Shown: positions 19,377-28,753, counted from the first letter of the stretch. The stretch: DNA of 58,924 nt from a virus (IMGVR_UViG_3300037119_004955:1-58924); one strand, 5' to 3'. Notes: generated by a model not told the origin, from the letters alone. Numbers and translations: made by a program.

Positions 19377-19464
19377 CGGGTTATTGAACCGGCTAGCGGA
19401 TCCCTCCCCTGGATGTTCCGGGGGAGGATTCCGACGGCTTGTTGCTGCGGGAAAGGACTGTATC

Positions 19465-19692
19465 ATGTACGATGAGAACGAAGACCGATACGATCGTTGC
19501 GAGGATGAGGACAGCGGATGTGACTTTGCTGATCCCGGAGGTAGGTCCGCGTTGCGTGCTGCTTCCAAGAGGAACCCACGCAACCTACCGTGTCCCACGT
19601 GTGGGGCACCAAACCGCCTGACGCCAGCGGATCGTGCTCGCGGGTACCAGTGCGACAGTTGTGCTGATCGTGCTGAGAGGGGAGGTGACTAA
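19465..19692 (+). CDS. Small zinc-ribbon protein
   Basis: CPTC...CDSC; GCGGGAAAGGA RBS. Confidence 0.65.
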   Translation: MYDENEDRYDRCEDEDSGCDFADPGGRSALRAASKRNPRNLPCPTCGAPNRLTPADRARGYQCDSCADRAERGGD

Positions 19693-19694
19693 CC

Positions 19695-19925
19695 ATGTAC
19701 GACACCGACACCAGGATGTCAGCGATACTCGACATCACCCTGATCACAGGGTGTCGCCTCCCTCTGGAGGACCGCACCCAATTCTCTCATGCGTTCCAGA
19801 AAGCGTTACATCAGTATCAGAACGACGCGCGCCCTCAGTTTAAAGCCCTGAAATTCGAGGCCTTAGCTAAGTGCGTGCTCGCGTGGGCTGATCACGCTAT
19901 CGATCTCCGACTAAAGTCTCGTTAG
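19695..19925 (+). CDS. Hypothetical protein
   Basis: GGAGG RBS; tight packing with neighbours. Confidence 0.55.
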   Translation: MYDTDTRMSAILDITLITGCRLPLEDRTQFSHAFQKALHQYQNDARPQFKALKFEALAKCVLAWADHAIDLRLKSR

Positions 19926-19963
19926 GTGACGAGACCCTTTGATGAAAGGATAAGGATAAGCTT

Positions 19964-20296
19964 ATGGCTACTAAGCAACAGATGTTCGATCGTGCTAACC
20001 ACATCAGGATCCGAAAGGTACAGAAGGTCAAGTCAGGACATCATGTCCTCACGACCGGCGGGACTGTCGCCTTGAACGTGAGGCCATACATCCCTCCCTC
20101 GAAGCAAGAAGAGGCGAGGGCCATGGGTGATAACTATGTCCCCTATCCCAGCAAATGGGGATGGGTCGGCGACATGCTAAGAGGCGGGACAGTACGCTTC
20201 AGCCAGGATGCGGTGGACATTGCCGCCCCTCCTGGAATCTTCGAACAGGCCTGCATCTACTACGGGAGAGATGTCAGGACCCAGAGAGCATCGTGA
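19964..20296 (+). CDS. Hypothetical protein
   Basis: AAGGA RBS. Confidence 0.6.
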   Translation: MATKQQMFDRANHIRIRKVQKVKSGHHVLTTGGTVALNVRPYIPPSKQEEARAMGDNYVPYPSKWGWVGDMLRGGTVRFSQDAVDIAAPPGIFEQACIYYGRDVRTQRAS

Positions 20297-20310
20297 TCCT
20301 TTCCCGTTTG

Positions 20311-20345
20311 GGACCTCGGTGCTGAAAAGTGCCGGGGTCCATTTT
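20311..20345 (+). terminator. Putative intrinsic terminator
   Basis: 13-bp stem (with GU pairs), GAAA loop, followed by ATTTT. Confidence 0.5.
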
Positions 20346-20381
20346 AGTCGCTTAGGGAGAACCATCTTCTGGAGATAAATA

Positions 20382-20720
20382 ATGCTGAACGATGAGTTGC
20401 GGCGGCGGATTGTGTCGCTCGAAGAGGCGCATAACCGCCAGAGGCCCCTTCAGGTGGTTCTAGACGGTTCCGGTCGGTATAGGGGTTCGATCCCCGAGGT
20501 GAGGCCTAAGGAACCTGCAGCATCGTCCTCAGAGCCTGGAAAGAACCCTTACGGACATCCGGTGTGGGGTGCGGTGTCTGGGGTGCTGAAAGGCAGTTTT
20601 AACGTCGAAAAGAAACTAGCGGAGTCTCTGGCGAGGGGTTGGGTAGAATCCCACCCTCACGCGGGGATGGAATCATTGGAGACTGCAGTGCGAGACTGTT
20701 TGGCGGAACTAAAGCACTAA
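20382..20720 (+). CDS. Hypothetical protein
   Basis: GGAG RBS lies within a dispersed-motif copy. Confidence 0.55.
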   Translation: MLNDELRRRIVSLEEAHNRQRPLQVVLDGSGRYRGSIPEVRPKEPAASSSEPGKNPYGHPVWGAVSGVLKGSFNVEKKLAESLARGWVESHPHAGMESLETAVRDCLAELKH

Positions 20721-21544
20721 TCATGCGAGATGATCGCTTCAAACGTCGCTGCCTTTCGTGTTTGGGTGCCTGTACACCTCCAAATCATTCGAATACGCCT
20801 CCCAAAGTTCCTTTTACCCACTCCCACCCCTCAAAAAGGCGTAACTTCAGCTTCTTACGCATAACTTCCTATAGTTACCGTAGTACGGATGAAAAAGACC
20901 CCGACAACTCGGGGGGTCTACAGAGTCACCTTTACCTTAAACGTAACTTAACTTACTACTACTCAAGAAGCTTCATGGCTGCAGTCGTCCTAGACGGTGC
21001 GTACGGTCAACCCATTTTACCAAAAAAAGGGGTGTCCATTGGGAAACGAAAATACGCGCGTTTAGCAAAGTTGCGGCGCTATCACCTACCGAAAGACACG
21101 GCCCAAAAGCGAAAAACAGCTATAAACCACTGCCCCATCAAGCCTTTACCCCCAAAAGCGCCACGGGCGAAAAAGCCTCTTACGTACGATTCGCGACGAT
21201 CGTCCCATACCCCTAAAAACAACGGCGAGGTCTCGTCCCGTAGTAGTACGTTTGTACATTCATCGTACGCATTGACATCTCTAATACCAGTTATCAAAAC
21301 TCCACGCAAATCCCTGCGATCATCCCAGAACCCCCATTGCCCCAAGCTGTCGCCTCAAAAACGTCAAATAACTAAACAGAGAGCCCTTATAGAACTACTA
21401 GAACGCGGTTACCCCTTCCTATACCGCTCCTCTCGCCTTAGTTATAGCCCTGATAACGAGTTTCGTAGCGCTCCTCCCCTGAGTCCGAGCCCGCTACCCC
21501 AAGTCACTCCTGCGAAAAAAAAGCGAAAAAAAGCGAAAAAACTT

Positions 21545-21573
21545 TTGCTTTTTCGCCGCCCGTTGTTTACACT
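21545..21573 (+). promoter_or_regulatory. Sigma70-type promoter P3
   Basis: TTGCTT-N17-TACACT with three phased A-tracts upstream. Confidence 0.75.
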
Positions 21574-21721
21574 GCTTTCGCGAGGTCGGACCCGCCCAAC
21601 CGAAAGGAGAGACTTGTGTCTCTTCAAGGATCAAAGGGTTCGCCTCTTTACTTCCAGAAGATCCCTCTTACCTACGCGATTGGTCAGGTAGAGAGTGGAA
21701 ACCTTCCGGGAAAGGTAGTCC

Positions 21722-22036
21722 ATGTTCACTGAAGCCCAAGCACGCGACGCCCTGCGACGTCTAGCTGATGACGCCATAAGAGTGCAGGATGCCTGCAATC
21801 TCTCTGGCGTGGCCCAGAGTTTTGCCGAAGCCTGCATCACCCTTCGCCTCATAGCCCAGGCCCTCGGCCTCCCCGGCGATACCGAATGGTGTAACCGACA
21901 TCCGATCGTCACCCTCTGGGTGGACAAGCTCTGTGATCTCAACGGCCACTGCGGTCCTGCCTCCGCCCTCAACGATGAGTACTCGCAAGCAGTCAAGATT
22001 GTGCAGGATATTGCTCACAACGGTAAGATCGTCTAA
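21722..22036 (+). CDS. Conserved-looking phage hypothetical protein
   Basis: GGAAAGG RBS; VQDACNLSGV...HPI motif. Confidence 0.65.
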   Translation: MFTEAQARDALRRLADDAIRVQDACNLSGVAQSFAEACITLRLIAQALGLPGDTEWCNRHPIVTLWVDKLCDLNGHCGPASALNDEYSQAVKIVQDIAHNGKIV

Positions 22037-22063
22037 CCGGCGTATTCACAAGGAGTTACAACC

Positions 22064-22363
22064 ATGCCTCGCCCCACAAAGTCCAAGCCACCCGAACGGT
22101 GGCTCCCCAAGACAACCTTGATCAGAGACGCGCTCTACAATACCTCGAACCAATCTGGTTCATCCCCAGAATATGCTAAGGGCGTCGTCTTGGGAGTCGT
22201 CTCCACTCTGATGGCAGCAGGGTGTGACTACGACACCGCCATCAAGTTCGTCTCTCGTCACCTTCCCCATGGCGTCACGAACGATCGCGTCCCCAAAGAC
22301 TGGCTCGTGGACCTGGAAATGATGCCGCCGTCGGAACCATCTTCTGGAGAAAAAGGAGCGTAA
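22064..22363 (+). CDS. Hypothetical protein
   Basis: AAGGAG RBS. Confidence 0.65.
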   Translation: MPRPTKSKPPERWLPKTTLIRDALYNTSNQSGSSPEYAKGVVLGVVSTLMAAGCDYDTAIKFVSRHLPHGVTNDRVPKDWLVDLEMMPPSEPSSGEKGA

Positions 22364-22366
22364 GTC

Positions 22367-22609
22367 ATGGGTCCCGATTTATCAGTCATGTATACCGACG
22401 ATCAAGGCGAAGATCAGGAACTGTACAACGAGGCTGCCGCCTCCCACATACTCGCTAACCGCGCACGCGGTGAGACCGAAGTCGATGACTCTATGGAGGA
22501 CGAGTTCGCTGCATTGTGCCAAAGTTGGTACATCCCGTACTACCCTCCCAAGTATCGCCCGTCAAAGTACGAGATCGTGAATGGTCAGGTAACGAAGAAA
22601 GGAGTCTGA
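22367..22609 (+). CDS. Hypothetical protein
   Basis: AAGGAG RBS. Confidence 0.6.
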   Translation: MGPDLSVMYTDDQGEDQELYNEAAASHILANRARGETEVDDSMEDEFAALCQSWYIPYYPPKYRPSKYEIVNGQVTKKGV

Positions 22610-22611
22610 AC

Positions 22612-22887
22612 ATGCTCGCCAAAGTTATACAATTAATAGCCGACATCAAAAAGGATGTGGAGTATTGCGCCTACTGTAACGATATGGAAAGCCATCGCCC
22701 CGGTCGCCGCACGCCGGCAGTCCGCAACTGGCTAGTGGCGTTCGAGATAATTGCCCGTCACTGCTTTTACTCCAGAATATGCCGACTTCGGGGTCACCGC
22801 CTAACCGAATCCGGTGTAAGTGTCGAAAACGGCACCTCCCGCATGTCTTGCTCAAGGTGTGGCGAAGACTGGGATGTGCAGTGGTAG
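22612..22887 (+). CDS. Cys-rich hypothetical protein
   Basis: CAYC, CRLRGH and CSRC motifs; AAGGAG RBS. Confidence 0.55.
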   Translation: MLAKVIQLIADIKKDVEYCAYCNDMESHRPGRRTPAVRNWLVAFEIIARHCFYSRICRLRGHRLTESGVSVENGTSRMSCSRCGEDWDVQW

Positions 22888-22939
22888 AAACGAGTGACTC
22901 TAACAGTGTAGTAGTTTTCTCCAGAAGGAGGTTAGCCCG

Positions 22940-23668
22940 ATGGCTGACGATCGTGAAGTGATAGTTAACCGAATCAAGAAACTGATGGCTTACGCATCAG
23001 ACGGTTCTGCTACCGAAGCGGAAGTCGAGGCTGCCACCGGTCGCGTGCGTAAGTTGATGGACGAGTGGAACATCGCTCACTCCGAGATATCAACTAATCA
23101 CGACGCTGCCGAGACTGCTTACCAGAGCATCATCGAGGTGTCCTGCTTCGATCGCGCCAACGCGGTGCCGAAGTTCTTCCGGAGGCTAGCCCACGTGCCG
23201 GACAAGATCTGCGACACTAGCCATTACCTCGACAGCCGTGCCGATCCGAAGAAGCCGGGTAAGACCCGCGAGCACGTCGTGTACTATGGCCTGCCGCGTG
23301 ACGTCGAGGTGGCAGTAGCTCTCTTTAGAGAGTTACTCGCTACCTGCCACGCCATGACTTGGTTCCGCTGTGGTAAGGAAGGCTGGGGCGCAGACCACAA
23401 CAGCTACGCCATGGGCTTCGCCGATAGGCTCCTCGAGCGTGCCAAGGCCCAGCTGGCTGCCTCCCAAGTCGCTTGCAACACAACCGCCATAGTCCTGGTG
23501 AAGGGTAATCTGCTCAAGCGTTACCATGACAAGATCGGCCTAAGCCCGATGCGTTCTCGAGCAGGGCGCATGTCTGGCGGTAAATACGATCAAGGTTACT
23601 CCGACGGCGCAGGCGTCTCTCTGGGGGTAAACCAGATCAGTCGCGCTCCGAAAGGTCTCTTAGATTAG
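22940..23668 (+). CDS. DUF2786-family protein
   Basis: RIKKLMA...EVEAA...KLMDEWNI N-terminus and SY..GF motif. Confidence 0.75.
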   Translation: MADDREVIVNRIKKLMAYASDGSATEAEVEAATGRVRKLMDEWNIAHSEISTNHDAAETAYQSIIEVSCFDRANAVPKFFRRLAHVPDKICDTSHYLDSRADPKKPGKTREHVVYYGLPRDVEVAVALFRELLATCHAMTWFRCGKEGWGADHNSYAMGFADRLLERAKAQLAASQVACNTTAIVLVKGNLLKRYHDKIGLSPMRSRAGRMSGGKYDQGYSDGAGVSLGVNQISRAPKGLLD

Positions 23669-23714
23669 CTCAGAACTTCATTGGGTTTCATCCCAGAAAG
23701 TAGTAGGTTCAAAG

Positions 23715-24002
23715 ATGTCAAAGCGTAAGTTCGAACGAATGCAGCACGCCGAAGGCCACCTCAAAGACTGCATGGACGTCTTAGTCGGGTGGGTCCAGTG
23801 TCGGGTACGCACCGGAGAGTACGACACTAACCAGTACGCGCTCTGCGAGGATGCCGCCGATGTCTTCGACCTCCGACGTGCCGACGGTTCCCTTCCCGAC
23901 TGGTTGCCGAGGATCGTCCAACACGAGATGTCTGTTTACGCACCTAATCTCAGCAACGAACGTCAGCTGAACCCAGATTACGGTCTAGATTACGGTCGGT
24001 AG
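23715..24002 (+). CDS. Hypothetical protein
   Basis: ORF in an operon-like run. Confidence 0.55.
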   Translation: MSKRKFERMQHAEGHLKDCMDVLVGWVQCRVRTGEYDTNQYALCEDAADVFDLRRADGSLPDWLPRIVQHEMSVYAPNLSNERQLNPDYGLDYGR

Positions 24003-24038
24003 GATTATATTGGGTTTTCACCCAGAAAGAGGTGCTCT

Positions 24039-24512
24039 GTGGATTCAGTGTTAGAAAAGAAGATGGACGAGACTACACTCGTGACCATGGCTGTGCCATA
24101 CCTAATCACAGAAGGGAGGGTGTGGAACCTATTGGTGTCGGCGTTCGAGGGAGGTAGCAACTACTGGTACTGCGTGGACAACACTAAGCTGATCACGCCA
24201 GGAGGGGAGATCGATGTGTCGAAAAAGAGCCTGCGCAAGCTAGTAGGCGAACTCTCCCACACTCACGTCGAATACCTCCACCAGATCCCGCTCATACCGG
24301 GATACGGATTGGTAATGCTCGACGCGAGCGATGACGGCCCCGGCGAACGTACCAAGTACCCCCTGACCCGCGAACGTCTTCTGGCAGGTCTCGAACTGAT
24401 GGTTCTACACCACCCCACTCACTTCACCAATTTCCTGACACAAAACGATGACGCCGAGACCGCTGATGTGTTCCTTCAGCTGTGCGTGCTCGGCGAACTG
24501 ACGTACGGGTAA
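24039..24512 (+). CDS. Conserved-looking phage hypothetical protein
   Basis: AFEGGSNYW and DAETADVFLQ...GELTYG motifs. Confidence 0.65.
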   Translation: MDSVLEKKMDETTLVTMAVPYLITEGRVWNLLVSAFEGGSNYWYCVDNTKLITPGGEIDVSKKSLRKLVGELSHTHVEYLHQIPLIPGYGLVMLDASDDGPGERTKYPLTRERLLAGLELMVLHHPTHFTNFLTQNDDAETADVFLQLCVLGELTYG

Positions 24513-24517
24513 CCATT

Positions 24518-24796
24518 ATGGCCACAAAGTTTTACAAAGGACATCCTCCGCCTTCTGACGTACATGCCTACCTCACCGGCGGCGGACCGTTCGATGGCGA
24601 CGTCACTACCGTGAAAACGTTGTTCCAGCGACCGCCCACTAGCATCTGGCTACGCACCAGTCGCGGAAAGGTGCACTACTGCTACTCGCTGGTCCCAGGT
24701 GCACTGGCTTCCGATACAAGGATCAACGCGCTGGTGTACCGTTTTTCTCCAGAAGAGACCGCCGCAGGTCCGGGAGACAAAGCACCTAATGGCTAG
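24518..24796 (+). CDS. Hypothetical protein
   Basis: Fills the gap between neighbours. Confidence 0.5.
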   Translation: MATKFYKGHPPPSDVHAYLTGGGPFDGDVTTVKTLFQRPPTSIWLRTSRGKVHYCYSLVPGALASDTRINALVYRFSPEETAAGPGDKAPNG

Positions 24797-24965
24797 ATGG
24801 ATACCAATCGGTGACCGTGTTTATCTCCAGAGAGGTAACCACGACCTCCGTACACTGCGTAAACAGTACAAGGCTTACAAAGCGAAGTACTCCGGCACTA
24901 TGACGTTCGAGCGATGGCTCGTGTTTTCTGGAAAAGTATACGTATCTAAGAAAGGACAGAGATGA
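24789..24965 (+). CDS. Small basic hypothetical protein
   Basis: GGAG RBS; overlaps both neighbours. Confidence 0.5.
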   Translation: MARWIPIGDRVYLQRGNHDLRTLRKQYKAYKAKYSGTMTFERWLVFSGKVYVSKKGQR

Positions 24966-25477
24966 CGATTATAAAACAGAAGCTTGGTGGCGAACCAACA
25001 GACATAGCGTCTAATAGCCCGATTCGCAGAGGAGTTAAGCAAGGAGGGAAAGTGAAACGCCCCACATTAATAAGCCTTCGCGGAACACTGCTTAACGCAG
25101 CGACCAATCTCGATAGACTTGTAGTTCTGACTGGCGGTGATGATTTAACGCAAGGCGATTATTACGCCTCTGCGCTGCGCGAAATCGCAAGGCACGCCGA
25201 ACAGGTTGAAAACGGCGAATCTAGCCTGATTGATTTTGCGTCCTTTTACTGCCTTTGCCCTCGTCGTTCCCCGCCCACGAATTTAGGGAACGCGCAAGCG
25301 GATAGAGAATCCGGCGAGGCAATGGCTTGTATGAGGTTGCTTTTGTTGGCGGACTGGTTCGATAGGGAAACCCCCAATCATCCAGAGTGGAAAAGCGATG
25401 AAGTGCAAAGGGATTTAAGGGATTTGGCTTCCCGCATAAGCAAAAGCGCCGTCGCGAAAGCCGAGAGCCAACAGTAA
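24962..25477 (+). CDS. Hypothetical protein
   Basis: ATGA coupling; AAAGGA RBS. Confidence 0.5.
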   Translation: MTIIKQKLGGEPTDIASNSPIRRGVKQGGKVKRPTLISLRGTLLNAATNLDRLVVLTGGDDLTQGDYYASALREIARHAEQVENGESSLIDFASFYCLCPRRSPPTNLGNAQADRESGEAMACMRLLLLADWFDRETPNHPEWKSDEVQRDLRDLASRISKSAVAKAESQQ

Positions 25478-25502
25478 ACCAATCAACCAAACAGGAGCAC
25501 TT

Positions 25503-26159
25503 ATGCCAAACCATTGTGAAAACGATCTGACGATCATCGGCCCGTTGCCCGATCTGGAGTCATTTCTTGCCGGATGCGAGGTCATTGACGACAACGGAGA
25601 AAAGATGCTGCGCATTTGCCGAGGTCATTACCCAATGCCGGGGAGCTTGTGCGTGGATAGCATTGCGTCCAGCAACGCGGAGGGCGCTTATGCCGCGAAG
25701 TACGGCACTCAGGAGCAGCTTGACTACTGGTTGAATATGCCGTGGGCACCGGGCAAGGGGATTGTTGACCGCGCTACGTTGCTGCGGCATTTCTGTGAAC
25801 AAAGGCCGGATGCGGAGTTGCAAGCGGATTGCCGTCGTGACAATCTCCAGAAGTACGGCCACGCCGACTGGTACGATTGGGCGTGTGAGAAATGGGGTAC
25901 GAAATGGGGCGACTACGAGACAGAGAAGGAATTGGTTATCCAGAAACCGGGCCGGTTGCCGCAGGTTACGCTTCACTTCCGTTCGGCGTGGAGTCCGCCA
26001 ATCCCGGCGTTGCTGCATATCAGCACGAAATGGCCAACCCTTACATTTGACTTAGCATATTTTGAAAGTGGAATGGGGTTCAAGGGCACGGCTCGCATTC
26101 GCGGCGGCCATGAGCACGAGAAAACGCACGGCAAGTATTCGGGGAGTCGCGGAGGATAA
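25503..26159 (+). CDS. DUF1281/YubB ferredoxin-like protein
   Basis: MPNHCEN, WYDW...WGTKW, F.SAWSPP and YFESGMGF motifs. Confidence 0.8.
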   Translation: MPNHCENDLTIIGPLPDLESFLAGCEVIDDNGEKMLRICRGHYPMPGSLCVDSIASSNAEGAYAAKYGTQEQLDYWLNMPWAPGKGIVDRATLLRHFCEQRPDAELQADCRRDNLQKYGHADWYDWACEKWGTKWGDYETEKELVIQKPGRLPQVTLHFRSAWSPPIPALLHISTKWPTLTFDLAYFESGMGFKGTARIRGGHEHEKTHGKYSGSRGG

Positions 26160-26384
26160 AAACGATTCTCTGTTCCTGTTCCCCGTTCAGCGTGACAGTA
26201 GCTAGGGGTCGCGTCCTAGCGCGGGGTTATGTCCAAAATCATCGACTATCTATTCGCCCGCGTCAAGTCTGTCGAGACTTACAAAAGCCAGATCGAAAAT
26301 ATAGTGACGGCGGTGATGATGACTAACGTTATCTAAACCGGTCGCAGACGTGAGAAAAAAGATTTGAAAAAAACGAAAAAACTT

Positions 26385-26413
26385 TTGCTTTTTTGGCAGC
26401 CCCGGTTTACAAT
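26385..26413 (+). promoter_or_regulatory. Sigma70-type promoter P4 (upstream of csrA)
   Basis: TTGCTT-N17-TACAAT with phased A-tracts. Confidence 0.8.
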
Positions 26414-26433
26414 GCCGGCTGCGAAAGGATTCT

Positions 26434-26652
26434 ATGCTTGTGTTATCGAGACAGCGCGACGAGTCGATCATGATCGGTGACGACATCAAGGTCACCGTCG
26501 TGGATATAAGGGGTGATAAGGTGCGGCTAGGCATCGAAGCTCCAAGCGATGTGTCCGTACACCGCCGAGAGGTGTATATCGCCATCAAGCGTGAGCGGGA
26601 GGCTAACCAGAAAGCATCCGATGCGCCACCCAGCGGTGATATGACTGAGTAG
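26434..26652 (+). CDS. csrA: Carbon storage regulator CsrA
   Basis: MLVLSR...[30 protein letters not shown] is canonical CsrA. Confidence 0.95.
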   Translation: MLVLSRQRDESIMIGDDIKVTVVDIRGDKVRLGIEAPSDVSVHRREVYIAIKREREANQKASDAPPSGDMTE

Positions 26653-26667
26653 TTCAATCGAAAGAAA

Positions 26668-26919
26668 GTGGTGAACCGTATGAAAGGTGCAGTGATGGAT
26701 ATGACAAAGACCATTGGTCGGTTCCCAAGGGACCTGGCTGAGAAGCTGATCAAACTTCTCCCACACGAGTGGCCGGGGCTGGAGCTATCTCTGGAGAAAA
26801 ACCCAGCCAACCCACAGTTACCCAACCTCGTGATTGCGAATGGGAACCGGGTGACCACGAACTCAATGAATGCGATCAGAAAAGCGTGTGCGGTGGCGTA
26901 CGCGCTCCACGGCATTTAA
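26668..26919 (+). CDS. Hypothetical protein
   Basis: ORF downstream of csrA; start uncertain. Confidence 0.5.
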   Translation: MVNRMKGAVMDMTKTIGRFPRDLAEKLIKLLPHEWPGLELSLEKNPANPQLPNLVIANGNRVTTNSMNAIRKACAVAYALHGI

Positions 26920-26979
26920 CCACGGCCACCTCTAACTGGTTTTTCTCCAGAAGAGGTTGCCCCTTTTAGGGGATGCGAT

Positions 26980-27252
26980 ATGGCTACCGACCCAGACACA
27001 AGAGAGCATCGTCGTCGAAGTAAGATCCGCACATCGGCGGCACGTTGCTGCCGAGCACGCGGTCATACGATGAGTCGCTTCTCCACGCATACCGTCACAC
27101 AAGGTATCGCGAAGTGTCGCGTGTGTAAGATGGAAGTGATTGTGAACTACAAGCCGACACCGAATGAGACAGAGGCAGCAGGTCCCGCCCTAGCTCTGAC
27201 TTGTTCTAAGCCGACTCCTCACCCAGAGGACGTCCCTCTGACGGCTGCTTAA
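26980..27252 (+). CDS. Cys/His-containing hypothetical protein
   Basis: RGHTM...CRVC motif. Confidence 0.55.
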   Translation: MATDPDTREHRRRSKIRTSAARCCRARGHTMSRFSTHTVTQGIAKCRVCKMEVIVNYKPTPNETEAAGPALALTCSKPTPHPEDVPLTAA

Positions 27253-27260
27253 GGAGACCG

Positions 27261-27476
27261 ATGCGACAAAAAGAGGAACATGATCCAGTGGTTGTGCAGG
27301 AGATAGAGGCAGCTGCCGCGAAGGCTGGTATCTCCGACGACAACAAGCGAATAGTCATGAGAATCGCAATGGTGATAATGGACCACATAACCACCAGAGA
27401 GCAACAGCGTCAGATCCTTACCGGCCTCAAAATCTGGTGCGACATAACGCTGCGAGTAAATGATAGCAGTAACTAA
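27261..27476 (+). CDS. Hypothetical protein
   Basis: AAGGAG RBS. Confidence 0.6.
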   Translation: MRQKEEHDPVVVQEIEAAAAKAGISDDNKRIVMRIAMVIMDHITTREQQRQILTGLKIWCDITLRVNDSSN

Positions 27477-27500
27477 CCGACTACTCGAAAGGAGTATGCG

Positions 27501-28118
27501 ATGCGTGCAACATGTTTGAAGTATGGCCGGGATTTGAAGGTAGGGGACATCTACCTCAATCGCGGTTACGAATGGGTGATCGACAACATCACACCAGAGC
27601 CTGACCACGGAAAACTGGGCCGGCACGTGGTGCGGGCGCATTGGTCCGGTTACGGTAAGAACCCTTGCTACCGCACCGACAACATATTGGCAGGTCTTCA
27701 GGACGGCGAGCACTGGGTCGTCGTGGCAGATCCTGTTCTTCCTCCGCCGTACCTCACCCATCTGGTGAAGATTGTATGGGGACAGCCAGACGTCGAGAGC
27801 GACGACACCGCCCGTCGCATCATCCCCACCGCGATAGATGCTGGCGCCTACGGGATCGCGAACCCCATCCGCCCTAGCGGCGAGTACCACGACGGCGACC
27901 CTTACTTCGTGCGGATCACTGGAGTGCGCAATCGCAAGAGGCAGATGGTTCTGATGGGGAAGGTAATTACCTGCATGCCATCCGAACTCGAACTGGCCTC
28001 AGCATCTCTGGGGCAATACCAGCCTGAACCTGGCGGCAAAATCCCATTTACTCCGTGTAGCATTTACAACGTCATCGGCACCGTATCCGGGAGGACTCAA
28101 TGTCGTCACCCGAACTGA
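27501..28118 (+). CDS. Hypothetical protein (SH3/KOW-like N-terminus)
   Basis: GAAAGGAG RBS; DLKVGDI motif. Confidence 0.6.
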   Translation: MRATCLKYGRDLKVGDIYLNRGYEWVIDNITPEPDHGKLGRHVVRAHWSGYGKNPCYRTDNILAGLQDGEHWVVVADPVLPPPYLTHLVKIVWGQPDVESDDTARRIIPTAIDAGAYGIANPIRPSGEYHDGDPYFVRITGVRNRKRQMVLMGKVITCMPSELELASASLGQYQPEPGGKIPFTPCSIYNVIGTVSGRTQCRHPN

Positions 28119-28447
28119 AAACTAAACCGCCTAAAACGCTGCAAGAGATGGACCTCGATCGCAGGTTGCGAATCATAGAGATGACTTACGGGATTTGCAG
28201 CGTGTGTGGCCACGAGATAACGCACGACATGACCGAGCCATTTGCGTCCTGCAGCAATCCAGCGTGCGTGAACGCCGGCACTATGGAGTGGACCGGTAAC
28301 CCTCCCATCATCAGCCAGTTGCGTAGCGACCTCTGGGAGATAGATCGCTCCCGGCGTCGTTGGAGGCGCGCAGCCTTATTTGAATTAGTGTGCTGCGTAT
28401 GGATCTTCGCGTGCTGCATCTACCTCGGTATCACGCTTAGCAAATAA
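28100..28447 (+). CDS. Zinc-finger protein with C-terminal TM segment
   Basis: CSVC...CSNPAC; hydrophobic C-terminus. Confidence 0.55.
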   Translation: MSSPELKTKPPKTLQEMDLDRRLRIIEMTYGICSVCGHEITHDMTEPFASCSNPACVNAGTMEWTGNPPIISQLRSDLWEIDRSRRRWRRAALFELVCCVWIFACCIYLGITLSK

Positions 28448-28456
28448 GGAAAACAC

Positions 28457-28753
28457 ATGAAAAAGAACCATCACCCAGTCAGTGAGCCCCGTCGCCCCGG
28501 CAAACCAAACATTCAGCGCGTCAAGAGAGGCATGCTACGGGACATAGCCTTAATGGTTGGCGCAGATATGAAGGAAGTTGATCGTAAGGTGCTAGCGTCG
28601 TCAGTGAGAAATCGCGAAATCCGTCAAGCGGCTTTACAGATCCTCTGCGCGACGCTAGCTTCACAAGCTGAATACGAGCGTATCGAACACGTTGTCGATG
28701 CTGCTTACTCGACTGCCCGCACTTTCGTGGCGCGAGGGGAGGAGTTGCGATGA
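28457..28753 (+). CDS. Hypothetical protein
   Basis: AAGGA RBS. Confidence 0.55.
   Translation: MKKNHHPVSEPRRPGKPNIQRVKRGMLRDIALMVGADMKEVDRKVLASSVRNREIRQAALQILCATLASQAEYERIEHVVDAAYSTARTFVARGEELR

Noticed and set aside
18032-19435. Integron attC cassette array
   Set aside because: No tyrosine recombinase in the genome and no RYYYAAC/GTTRRRY boxes bounding the hairpins
20639-21691. 350 aa plus-strand ORF as a real gene
   Set aside because: No good RBS, K/R/S/P-biased composition, overlaps a gene and runs through promoter P3; cannot be fully excluded
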